Source: a bacterium
GTDB taxonomy: Bacteria > Bdellovibrionota_C > UBA2361 > SZUA-149 > JAQTWB01
Direction of reading: 5' to 3'
Length of the DNA stretch: 64,000 nucleotides
NCBI GenBank assembly: GCA_028689495.1
Contig: JAQTWB010000004.1
Span: 2,463-66,462, forward strand
The number at the start of each line of letters is the position of its first letter. Positions within the stretch are counted from its first letter, which is position 1. Of the stretch, positions 44,298 to 53,525 are shown in pieces. The translations under genes were made by a program, and so were the position numbers. The notes under the pieces were generated by a model. That model was not told where the DNA came from and did no database searches. It saw only the letters and a list, made by a program, of their open reading frames with translations.

Positions 44298-46151
44298 CTA
44301 CTGGAACGTCCTGAGCAATTTTGGATGTTCCAAGTCTCCAGGTTCTAACTTGTACAAGGACACACCCGCAGGAGTCGTTTCCAGATTAAGCAGTTGCATC
44401 AGGGCGTCATTATAGGTTGTAACAAGCAGGAATTCAACCCCAGTTCCTCTCAGTTTATCGAGGAATCGCCCCTTAGGTACCCGATAAAGCCCAGCGACAC
44501 TATTCTCCGATAGATAGTATCTAAGTGGTAACTCTGTCATACGCATATTGCCGACATAAATATCACTATCGTTCCCTGCGATAAGCAACCTCTCCTTACC
44601 TACAATTGCCTTAATGTCTCGGGAAATATCCGCAAAGGTCTTTTGGTAAGTAAAACCTTCATATGAGCCACTGTGGATAGGTAATCCGACAATCGAATAA
44701 CTGCGAACAAGGCCATAAAACATTACGATAACCCACCCAAGCATACATATGTTACGCGCTCCAAAATAAAATCGAGGAGCAGGACGCGTTGGAAGAGAAG
44801 TAAAATACATCGGAAGTAAAAAAAATACTGTCGTTACATAACGAAGGATACTGAGCGACTGAAGCCCATATTGCGTCAAAACATAGTGGGCAAGATTGAG
44901 TGATGGCAGTAGCAATATCGCTGAAAGTATTGCCAATGAAGGTTTCGGCAAACTTTTATAAAGAGTGATTTGATAAACTGCGATAACAACCAACAAACAC
45001 ATAATAGTGTTTTGCTCAAGAAGAAAATCGAATAGATGATCAATATATACTAAATACTTAAATGGATCGGTCTCAAGACGATTCATCACAATAAGTGGTG
45101 AGTTTTCAAGTTTGATGTTCCACACGTATTTTAAATAATAAAAACGGCCCGCCACTATAACCAACAACAGGCTGAACAGATGGGTTCCAGCGTATTCCTT
45201 AGGATCAAGAAACTTTTTTAAAGAGGCTGGCCTTAAGTCACAAGCAAGCCAAACAACAAACAGGATTGCTACGTAGTAAACATTTGTTGATTTAATTGCC
45301 GCTAACAACAAAAGTGAAGATACGATCAAAAATAGGCGTTTACCACCCTCACCTAGAACCGGTTCTCGCAAGAGAAAGAAGAAAAACAATGCCACTGAAT
45401 AGGCCGAAACTACATCAGCATAAAAAGTGACAAGCTGCTCAGAAAAAGATGTTGCAACAACAAACAAAATAAATCCAGCCAAAATTCGAGAACTGAAACT
45501 TGTCTGCTTGACGGTATAATAGGCGATAAACGAGCCTAAAACTGCATACATCAAAGTAAACAACGAAGCACACTGCTCTACGGTGCGACCATAAAAATCG
45601 AACAGATAGACTGCATGTAAAGGATAATAGGATGTATATGAAAAAATATTTATCAGGTCGGCGGATTTACGGAGATAACCACTCTCGTAAATAGATTTGG
45701 CGTCAATCATCCAATAGGTGAAATGATCCCACTTCGGGAAGTAGAAGGTAAAATTTATTGCAACTAGATACCCATAAAAAACTGCCAATATCAAAGTAAC
45801 TAGCAAATCCCCCAAAGTAATCCGACCAAGTATTTCAGGGAAATTCTTCAGCTCTGCTGCTGGCGAACTACAGCTCCTGACAGATATTGGGCGCCACAAA
45901 CCAAACATCAAGTAGAAAACTGAAATCGCAGCCGTAGCTAGGCCATAAAAATGCAGATTTCGCCCTGTCACAAGGTAGCCAAAATGACCGGCGGTCAACA
46001 CAACTGCATTCAATATTGACGAGCCAAAGATTACAGCAAAGAAGGAGGCCGCTATTAAACGAGGATTACCAAGTGTTTTCCTGAAGTAGTAGACAGGTCC
46101 CAGGCCGCAAATAGCGAACAACACCAAGTAATATAAAAAACCCTTCATCAA
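44298..46151 (-). CDS. large polytopic membrane protein, possible GT-C glycosyltransferase or polymerase
   Basis: ~14 TM helices followed by a ~130-aa soluble C-terminus. The coding sequence is strongly AT-rich. No definitive motif. Confidence 0.55.
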   Translation of the reverse strand: MMKGFLYYLVLFAICGLGPVYYFRKTLGNPRLIAASFFAVIFGSSILNAVVLTAGHFGYLVTGRNLHFYGLATAAISVFYLMFGLWRPISVRSCSSPAAELKNFPEILGRITLGDLLVTLILAVFYGYLVAINFTFYFPKWDHFTYWMIDAKSIYESGYLRKSADLINIFSYTSYYPLHAVYLFDFYGRTVEQCASLFTLMYAVLGSFIAYYTVKQTSFSSRILAGFILFVVATSFSEQLVTFYADVVSAYSVALFFFFLLREPVLGEGGKRLFLIVSSLLLLAAIKSTNVYYVAILFVVWLACDLRPASLKKFLDPKEYAGTHLFSLLLVIVAGRFYYLKYVWNIKLENSPLIVMNRLETDPFKYLVYIDHLFDFLLEQNTIMCLLVVIAVYQITLYKSLPKPSLAILSAILLLPSLNLAHYVLTQYGLQSLSILRYVTTVFFLLPMYFTSLPTRPAPRFYFGARNICMLGWVIVMFYGLVRSYSIVGLPIHSGSYEGFTYQKTFADISRDIKAIVGKERLLIAGNDSDIYVGNMRMTELPLRYYLSENSVAGLYRVPKGRFLDKLRGTGVEFLLVTTYNDALMQLLNLETTPAGVSLYKLEPGDLEHPKLLRTFQ

Positions 46152-46221
46152 CCCCTCCTACAGAAATTGACATCAGGAGAATATTCTAGGTGACCGCTTT
46201 CCCCCATCTTTGCTAATGAAC

Positions 46222-46815
46222 TCATGCTTCTGCCTCAGTGAGCAAACTTGTCGAAGCATTCAATCCGTATAATCTCCCACAGCGGTTGCAAAAATATTGT
46301 CCGTCTGCCGAATGCTCCAGCCGCTCACCGCATTCACAAACCCAGCCGATACGTCTTGCCGGAACACCGGCCATAAGCGCGTAATCCGGGACGTCTTTTG
46401 TCACAACCGCTCCGGCGGCAATAAACGCATGTCGGCCTATATCATGACCACAGACAATGGTGGCATTGGCGCCAATAGAAGCACCTTCCTTAACCAGGGT
46501 CTTGCGGTAGTGCTCGCTTCCTCTTTGGGGATACTTGCACCGGGGGTCCGTAACGTTGGTAAAAACCATCGATGGACCGCAAAAAACATAGTCTTCAAGC
46601 TCAACACCTTCGTAAAGGGAAACGTTGTTTTGGATCTTGCAGTTGTTGCCAATCGTCACATTACCAGCAACCATAACATTCTGCCCTAGTGACACATTGG
46701 CGCCAATTCTGGCCCCTGGCATAACATGGCAAAAATGCCAGACTTTTGTATTTTCACCAATTTCAGCTCCTGCATCGACAAAAGCTGAGGGGTGAACAAA
46801 ATAATTGCTGTTCAT
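46222..46815 (-). CDS. LbH N-acetyltransferase, WbpD/WlbB-like
   Basis: [32 protein letters not shown]...[24 protein letters not shown]...GVPARRIGW matches the WbpD/WlbB-type UDP-3-amino-sugar N-acetyltransferase pattern. Confidence 0.75.
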   Translation of the reverse strand: MNSNYFVHPSAFVDAGAEIGENTKVWHFCHVMPGARIGANVSLGQNVMVAGNVTIGNNCKIQNNVSLYEGVELEDYVFCGPSMVFTNVTDPRCKYPQRGSEHYRKTLVKEGASIGANATIVCGHDIGRHAFIAAGAVVTKDVPDYALMAGVPARRIGWVCECGERLEHSADGQYFCNRCGRLYGLNASTSLLTEAEA

Positions 46816-46842
46816 AATCCCTCCTTGGGCGACAAATAACGA

Positions 46843-47988
46843 CTAGGCAAAAAATGCTTTGATCTGCTCCACCACATACAACTGCATATCCCGGGTAAGT
46901 TCCGGATAGATCGGCAGCGCCAAGGTATGGCTCGCCGCATGTTCACTCTTTGGGAAATCTCCTGTGTTATACCCGAGGTAGCGAAAACACTCTTGTTCGT
47001 GAAAAGATACAGGATAATAAACTTCTGTCGTCACTCCTCTCCCCTGAAGGAAATCACGCAACTCATTACGTCGGGAGTCTACACTGATGACATACTGATT
47101 ATATATGTGATTTTCGCGTGACCAGGTAATCGCCGGTGTTTTTAACCCGGCAATTCCTGAAAGATGCTCGTCATAAAAAACAGCATTGGCTCGACGCATC
47201 TCATGCCATGTATCGAGATGCGGTAGCTTGACAAGAAGAACTGCCGCTTGAAGAGCATCGAGGCGAAAATTTCCGCCAATCAAAGAATGATAATATTTCG
47301 GCGCCGAACCATGATTGCGCAGCTTCGCCAACTTTTCCGCAAGCACCTCATCGTTGGTGACAACCATACCACCGTCGCCCATCGCACCAAGATTCTTGCT
47401 CGGAAAAAAGGAAAAGCAGCCCATCTTACCAATACTTCCTGAGGATTTAATCTTGCCGTCAACCGGGCAGGAAGAACCAATTGCTTGGGCCCCATCTTCT
47501 ATCACAGGTATATCGTAACGGTTGGCGATCTTCATGATATGCTCCATGTCAGCGCACTGACCGTAGAGGTGCACGGGAATTATCGCCTTCACCTTGGGGA
47601 TCAGCTCCTTGTTCACCTCAAGCCAGTTTTCCAGGGCGACTGGATCGATGTTATAGCTATCAAGGTCAATATCGACGAACGCCGGAGTCGCCCCGAGGCG
47701 GGCGACCACACCGACAGTGGCAAAAAACGAATAGGGCGTCGACAGAACAATATCACCCGCACCGACATCAAGCGCCATCAAAGCAGCAAGAAGTGCGTCA
47801 GTACCTGACGACATGGATATTCCATATCTCACCCCTGCGTACCGAGCGATCTGTTCTTCCAATTCCTCGACCAGAGGCCCCATAATGAATCGACCAGAGT
47901 CAACAACTCCTTCAATGGCTTTCATCAATTCGGATTTTAACGGCGTGAGCTGCGCAGCAACATCAAGAAGTGGAACGTTCAAGGTCAT
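46843..47988 (-). CDS. DegT/DnrJ/EryC1/StrS-family PLP-dependent sugar aminotransferase (WbpE/ArnB-like)
   Basis: Family-typical FEEQIARYAG-like start, DGAQAIGS, and FSFFPSKNLGAMGDGG containing the catalytic lysine. Confidence 0.9.
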   Translation of the reverse strand: MTLNVPLLDVAAQLTPLKSELMKAIEGVVDSGRFIMGPLVEELEEQIARYAGVRYGISMSSGTDALLAALMALDVGAGDIVLSTPYSFFATVGVVARLGATPAFVDIDLDSYNIDPVALENWLEVNKELIPKVKAIIPVHLYGQCADMEHIMKIANRYDIPVIEDGAQAIGSSCPVDGKIKSSGSIGKMGCFSFFPSKNLGAMGDGGMVVTNDEVLAEKLAKLRNHGSAPKYYHSLIGGNFRLDALQAAVLLVKLPHLDTWHEMRRANAVFYDEHLSGIAGLKTPAITWSRENHIYNQYVISVDSRRNELRDFLQGRGVTTEVYYPVSFHEQECFRYLGYNTGDFPKSEHAASHTLALPIYPELTRDMQLYVVEQIKAFFA

Positions 47989-48054
47989 ACCTCATTATAA
48001 ATTCAAATTAGTAACGACTTAACCAAACATAATCTCTAACGAGCAAAAAATTCT

Positions 48055-48888
48055 CTACTGGGAATGCAACCGGGTCTGATAGTCAGGGTCGCGATATCGG
48101 GCCACAGCATCAGCCGGAGTTCCCTTGAAAACAATCTTCCCTGCCGACAAAAGGATAACCTCATCAGCAAGAGTTTCTACCATACCAAGACTGTGGGTCA
48201 CGATAATCAGCGTCTTTCCAGCCGCTATCAACCGATCAAAATATGCTTTGCACTTTTCCTGGAAACGCTCGTCACCGACAGCAAGCACTTCATCGACAAT
48301 CAAGATATCCGGATCCCGATCAATCGCCACACTAAATCCCAGACGAGCAGACATCCCAGAGGAATAATACTTGATTGGCGTATAAGCGAAATCCTGCAAA
48401 TCAGCGAACTCGAGAATATGCGGCACACGCCCTTCAATATACTTCTTTGATTGCTGATGAAGAGAACCGTTAAGGTAAATATTCTCAATGGCGTTCAAAT
48501 CTGGATCAAATCCGGCTCCCAGCTGGATAAGAGAATCAGTAGTTCCGTTTGTCACGATCTTCCCACTTGTGGGAGGAAGCACACCAGCCAGCACACGAAG
48601 CAGAGTACTTTTCCCAGCTCCATTACTGCCAATAATGCCAAAAACCTGCCCTTTTTTTACGGAAAAATTGATATCTTTCAGGGCATCAAAAGTCGAATAA
48701 TGCTGAACCTTGCCCTTCACAAGACGTTGCAACAGCGATTCCTTCAAGGTGGTCGGTCGTTGTTTATAAGCGCGAAAGACAACCGATATACCCTGAATAT
48801 CCATTGCCAGAGTTGAATCTACTCCCACACGAGGCAGATTCGTATTGTCCGATACGCACTCCTCAACATTCGACTCAATGTTCAACAT
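48055..48888 (-). CDS. polysaccharide ABC exporter ATP-binding protein (Wzt/TagH-like), short form
   Basis: Walker A GSNGAGKST, signature YSSGMSARLGFSVA, Walker B ILIVDEVLAVGD. The start is set at ATG 48888, 4 nt after the wzm stop, giving 277 aa with no C-terminal extension. Confidence 0.85.
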   Translation of the reverse strand: MLNIESNVEECVSDNTNLPRVGVDSTLAMDIQGISVVFRAYKQRPTTLKESLLQRLVKGKVQHYSTFDALKDINFSVKKGQVFGIIGSNGAGKSTLLRVLAGVLPPTSGKIVTNGTTDSLIQLGAGFDPDLNAIENIYLNGSLHQQSKKYIEGRVPHILEFADLQDFAYTPIKYYSSGMSARLGFSVAIDRDPDILIVDEVLAVGDERFQEKCKAYFDRLIAAGKTLIIVTHSLGMVETLADEVILLSAGKIVFKGTPADAVARYRDPDYQTRLHSQ

Positions 48889-48892
48889 GACG

Positions 48893-49687
48893 CTACACAA
48901 AATAAATAAATTTTTCGTCGGCCCGCTTAAACACCCAAAGGCCAATAACAAGAACAAGATAAGAACCGAGAAGATTAAAGCAGTATGATTGTACGTCGGG
49001 CATCGCCCCTTCGTAATACATTCCCCTCATCTGCTCGATCACACCGAACATCGGATTAAGAGTGACATAGGGAACCAACCATTCAGGGAGCATTTCCCTG
49101 CTGTAAAGCACGGGGCACAGATAGTATAACGCCTGCATAACCACCCCAACCAAATGTTGGGTGTCCTCGAAAAAGACATTGGAAACTGCAAAAAGAAGCG
49201 AAATGCCAACCGTGAAAAAAAACATTGGCAAAAGCACTAGTGGCAAGCCCAAAGATGCGAGAGGCAATCCTCTCCCCAATGCCAGCATAACAATCACCAG
49301 TGGAACAAGTGACAGGAAAAAATTAACGAGGTTGGACCAAGCTATCGACAATGGAAATATATATTTTGGAACAGAGACATGATCCATCAGGCTGGCATTT
49401 GCCCGGATTGTCCCCAAACAGCCTTGAGTAGTCGAATTAAAATATACCCAAGGCAACATCCCGGTAAAAAGAAATACAGCATAATCCTTCATTCCCGACT
49501 TCATGATGTTGGCAAAAACGACCGCCAGTATCAGCATCATGAACAACGGATGAAGCATGCTCCAGAGATAACCAAGAAAACTGCGCTTATACCTTTTACG
49601 CAAATCTCTCGTCACAGACTGCTTGAGGTACTCCCTGTAGGCATACATCTGCTCAACAAATTCACTGACCAACCCGGTGCCTAACAT
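48893..49687 (-). CDS. ABC-2 type polysaccharide exporter permease (Wzm/TagG-like)
   Basis: Six TM helices. N-terminal RDLRKRYKRSFLGYLWSMLHP motif typical of ABC-2 permeases. Confidence 0.85.
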   Translation of the reverse strand: MLGTGLVSEFVEQMYAYREYLKQSVTRDLRKRYKRSFLGYLWSMLHPLFMMLILAVVFANIMKSGMKDYAVFLFTGMLPWVYFNSTTQGCLGTIRANASLMDHVSVPKYIFPLSIAWSNLVNFFLSLVPLVIVMLALGRGLPLASLGLPLVLLPMFFFTVGISLLFAVSNVFFEDTQHLVGVVMQALYYLCPVLYSREMLPEWLVPYVTLNPMFGVIEQMRGMYYEGAMPDVQSYCFNLLGSYLVLVIGLWVFKRADEKFIYFV

Positions 49688-49760
49688 ACCTCAAGTCTTT
49701 GCTGCTTATCTAAACGCAATTATCATCAAGCGATCGATCGACTTAATCGACCCGAACGAC

Positions 49761-50705
49761 TCAACCACCAACAAGCATCGGATGACCACGATCGCGCGGT
49801 GAAACAACCTCACTCATTCTCATCTTATAAACCAGATCAATCGAGGGCCGGGCATCCTGCAAGCCAAAGCCTCTACCAGCTACTATCTCCTGATAGGACA
49901 CTGTATGCAGGTCCGTGAATCCCTGACTGAAATCAAGCTCCTGCCCGTCAATCAATATTGAGCGATGAGCAAACTTTCCCTGAGCTCGCACGCGTTCTGG
50001 CAGGTCACTTTCTTCGACAGATAGAAACCATTTTACACGCGCCCGCTCAAGATCTAGATAGCCGGACATGCGTCGACCATCATTCAGATGGACTTCCTGA
50101 TATTCTACATTGCCAAAAATCCACATCAGCATATCGTAAAAGTGAATGCCAATGTTCATTGCGACACCACCGGATTTTGCCATGTCAGTTTTCCAGGACG
50201 CATCGTACCATGAACCACGACGAGTAACATAAGCAAGTGAAACATCTATTTTCTGTCCACCAGCACTCTCGTGAATCTGCGTTCTCAAATCGCTGATAGC
50301 CGGATGATGTCGCAACTGAAGGATACAATGAACCTTCTGCTTTGTTTCGTCCTCAATTTCCTGCAATGCATCGAGATTCCATGGATTGATAACCAACGGT
50401 TTCTCGCAGATGGCATCGGCTTTGACGCGTAGAGCAAGACGAGCATGAGCATCGTGCAGATAGTTAGGAGTGCAAATAGAAATGTAGTCTACTTTTTTTT
50501 CCGGAGAGCTACGCCGTAATTTTTCAAGATGGCGGTCAAAACGCTCAATCTCGGTAAAAAAACGACAGTCAGGGAAAAAACTGTCAAGTATGCCGACTGA
50601 ATCATGCGGGTCAACAGCCGCAACCAGTTCCCCTCCTACATCTTTCATCGCTCTCATATGACGCGGCGCAATAAATCCGGCGGCCCCAATCAGTCCAAAA
50701 TTCAT
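49761..50705 (-). CDS. Gfo/Idh/MocA-family oxidoreductase (WbpB-like sugar 3-dehydrogenase)
   Basis: Rossmann N-terminus MNFGLIGAAGFIAPRHMRAM and the EKPL motif (CEKPLVINP). Confidence 0.8.
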   Translation of the reverse strand: MNFGLIGAAGFIAPRHMRAMKDVGGELVAAVDPHDSVGILDSFFPDCRFFTEIERFDRHLEKLRRSSPEKKVDYISICTPNYLHDAHARLALRVKADAICEKPLVINPWNLDALQEIEDETKQKVHCILQLRHHPAISDLRTQIHESAGGQKIDVSLAYVTRRGSWYDASWKTDMAKSGGVAMNIGIHFYDMLMWIFGNVEYQEVHLNDGRRMSGYLDLERARVKWFLSVEESDLPERVRAQGKFAHRSILIDGQELDFSQGFTDLHTVSYQEIVAGRGFGLQDARPSIDLVYKMRMSEVVSPRDRGHPMLVGG

Positions 50706-51019
50706 ACAAAATCTCCATGATATTCGGTAGATAACTTGGTGGTCTATTCATCGGATATTTTTATAAAATGTGCAAACGGCCCCCTGCTATTTGGATACTG
50801 CACAAAATTGACAGACATACATTTTTGCAACATCCTGACCCCCTTTGACAAAACTTAATCCGGGTAGACGACCGACTGCTTCGATGCCAAGACCGGCCCG
50901 GCCGACCACCCCACTCCGCTTCTAATATCCTTTAATTTATCACTTTTATATTCCTCCTCGCCTGACTGGTGTTTGCATCGAAGGTGTTTCTTCGTTTTTG
51001 GTTTTTTGGAGGAGGTTTT

Positions 51020-52555
51020 ATGAACATTAAAAAACTGGCACAAAGTGCCGGATTGCAGGAACAAATAATGCGGGAACTCCGCTTATTTTCATACATGCTT
51101 CAAAATGGAGATATTCACAGGCTCGACAAGGCCGGGTTAATCGGCGACCTGTCAGCGGAGATAGAAGGAGGTCTTATCCCGCGAAACAAATTCTGCGGAG
51201 GACATTACTGCCTTAATTCAATGGAAATTATCGACGCCCTGGAAAGCCTTGATGAGAGAGAAATCAAGTTTGCTCCAGAGTTTTCTCGAAGTTCGATTGA
51301 GGCAAATCTGGTGACTCCTTTGGAATTTCCGGGTCTGAACGGCACATCCTCAGCATTTCATCGCCTATATGTAAAGCAGGCAAAAATGCTGCGAATGATC
51401 CTTCAGGAAGCGGAACGACAGGATGCCGTATTTTTGCGGGTTGGACTCCTCGGCACAGTCCCTCGCGAGGATCTGAGTCGCGGCCTGGATATCATTAGCT
51501 CAGCAGTTCGCTATAAATTGTTTTATGAGCGTCTTAGCCAGCGACACGGCAGTTATGAGCTGAATCTGCCGTTAAGATGTGGCGGTGAAACGTTAATTAA
51601 TATCCCGGCTTCACCGGTAGCTGCGGGGACAACCAACAGTTACCAGGCATGTATTGGCTTTAATCCTAATCAGTTTGGCCAAGCGGCAAATCTGATGATT
51701 GCCACAAGCTGGCTGCGAACACTGATCGCAGCCTCTTCTCCGTTTGCCTTTGGAGAAATCTGCGCCCATTGCACCAGAGCACTCGTCTGGTCGCCCGGTA
51801 TGGATCCGACTCTTCAGTTGTCGCCTTTTGGCCCTGGTAGTTATTTCCAGGAAAATGGCCGCAATGTATTTAATGAGTGGTTGCAAATAGTCGCCCAGCA
51901 GGAAGAGGTTCTGCCCTACGATAATCCCGAAGCAAATAAAAATCGCAGCGGGATGTTTGCAGGTCTTTCATTACTGATGGGGACCTATTGGGTATGGTCA
52001 GGTAGATTGCGATTCGGGTTACAGGATTCCATGCTCGATCTTTATTATGAAGACCGCTCACCGGATACTGGTCTGACCATCATGGATGATGTGGCGAATA
52101 CCGCTGTTTGTCTCGGATATATCGCCTACTGCATTAAACATGGGATTGATGCAAGAGGACTGACAAACTATCGTGAAGCCGAGCGTTGCGTCGATCTGGT
52201 CGCTCGTCATGGCTTGTCAGAAAAAGCTGAACACTACGTAACTTGGAGAGGTCGTAAACTGAGTGTCATGGAAGTATTGCTGGACGATTACCTACCAAAT
52301 GCTCTGGCAGGTCTGCAGGACTACGGCTTTGCAGATTGCCTGGCTGAAAAACTGGTTGGCGTAGTCACCCGCCGTATTGAAAAAAAACTTACCGCGAGCG
52401 ACTGGCTTGTCGGATTGTATCAGAAGCTTGAACGTATGAGTCCAGCAACTCCACCACTCGAGATTATCAGGGAGGTCTATCTGCGAACCGCTGAGATGCA
52501 GAATAGACAATCCGATACCATGGACTTTGTCGGCATCGCCGATATAGAGTTTTAA
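51020..52555 (+). CDS. glutamate-cysteine ligase family 2 (GCS2 / carboxylate-amine ligase)-like protein, putative
   Basis: TTNSYQACIGFNPNQFGQAANLMIATSWLRTLIAASSPFAFGE...TRALVW parallels the GCS2 pattern (HVHVG...ALSANSPF..G....R..W). The start is set at ATG 51020, preceded by GGAGGAGG; the ORF track starts at 50969. Confidence 0.45.
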   Translation: MNIKKLAQSAGLQEQIMRELRLFSYMLQNGDIHRLDKAGLIGDLSAEIEGGLIPRNKFCGGHYCLNSMEIIDALESLDEREIKFAPEFSRSSIEANLVTPLEFPGLNGTSSAFHRLYVKQAKMLRMILQEAERQDAVFLRVGLLGTVPREDLSRGLDIISSAVRYKLFYERLSQRHGSYELNLPLRCGGETLINIPASPVAAGTTNSYQACIGFNPNQFGQAANLMIATSWLRTLIAASSPFAFGEICAHCTRALVWSPGMDPTLQLSPFGPGSYFQENGRNVFNEWLQIVAQQEEVLPYDNPEANKNRSGMFAGLSLLMGTYWVWSGRLRFGLQDSMLDLYYEDRSPDTGLTIMDDVANTAVCLGYIAYCIKHGIDARGLTNYREAERCVDLVARHGLSEKAEHYVTWRGRKLSVMEVLLDDYLPNALAGLQDYGFADCLAEKLVGVVTRRIEKKLTASDWLVGLYQKLERMSPATPPLEIIREVYLRTAEMQNRQSDTMDFVGIADIEF

Positions 52556-52584
52556 TTCAAACTTTGCACCATGTTTTGATAGAA

Positions 52585-52616
52585 CAAGCAGCTTTGGTTA
52601 GTGCCAATGCTGCTTG
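52585..52616. terminator. hairpin between convergent genes (possible terminator)
   Basis: An 8-bp stem, CAAGCAGC with GCTGCTTG, around a 16-nt loop. There is no clean U-run on either strand. Confidence 0.3.
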
Positions 52617-52721
52617 GGAGGTATCACCTTACACTCAAAATGTTCAAAAAGGATTTTGAAACACTTTCGATAAGCATATCCAATCGAATCGCCTATCAGG
52701 ATATGCCTGAGCCAATGCAAA

Positions 52722-53516
52722 TCACCCAAAGCGCCCGGTAATATAGTCGGCGGTACGCTGATCATTTGGCTTCTGGAAAATCTTCTTCGTCAAACCAAAT
52801 TCAATAAGTTCTCCATGCAGCATAAAACCTGTGAGGTCTGAAATTCTCGCTGCCTGTTGCATACTGTGAGTGACAATTACAATTGTATATTTTTCTTTGA
52901 GCTCAAATATCAATTCTTCGATCTTCGCTGTAGCAACTGGATCCAGAGCAGAACATGGTTCATCCATCAGCAGCACTTGAGGTTCGATTGCAATCGCTCT
53001 GGCAATACACAATCGCTGTTGCTGCCCTCCCGACAACTGTAAAGCAGAACCATGTAATCTCTTTTCAACCTCACACCACAAACCCACCGATTTGAGACTT
53101 TCACGGACTATGTCGTCAAGATACGATTTCCGCACATGACCCTGTATCCGCAGGCCATAAGCGACATTCTCATAAATAGATTTAGGAAATGGAGTTGATT
53201 TTTGAAAAACCATTCCAACCTTGCGCCGCAATTCTGTAACGTCAACCGAAGGATCGTAAATATCAAGACCATCAAGAAGAATGGAACCAGAGGCTCGAGA
53301 AGAAGGTACAAGATCATTCATCCGATTCATCGCCCTCAATAGAGACGATTTGCCACAACCGGATGGTCCGATAAATGCCGTTACCTTCCTTGAGACAACA
53401 TCCAAATCGATATTCTTTACTGCATGAAACGTCCCATAAAATAGATTGAAACCTCGCAAAGCAAAGACCAACTTCTCCTGAGTATCAGAATTCTCCTGTT
53501 TTACAGCTGCTTCCAT
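52722..53516 (-). CDS. pstB: phosphate ABC transporter ATP-binding protein PstB
   Basis: [37 protein letters not shown] and the C-terminal YITGRFG are all PstB-typical. Confidence 0.95.
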   Translation of the reverse strand: MEAAVKQENSDTQEKLVFALRGFNLFYGTFHAVKNIDLDVVSRKVTAFIGPSGCGKSSLLRAMNRMNDLVPSSRASGSILLDGLDIYDPSVDVTELRRKVGMVFQKSTPFPKSIYENVAYGLRIQGHVRKSYLDDIVRESLKSVGLWCEVEKRLHGSALQLSGGQQQRLCIARAIAIEPQVLLMDEPCSALDPVATAKIEELIFELKEKYTIVIVTHSMQQAARISDLTGFMLHGELIEFGLTKKIFQKPNDQRTADYITGRFG

Positions 53517-53525
53517 CTATCATTC

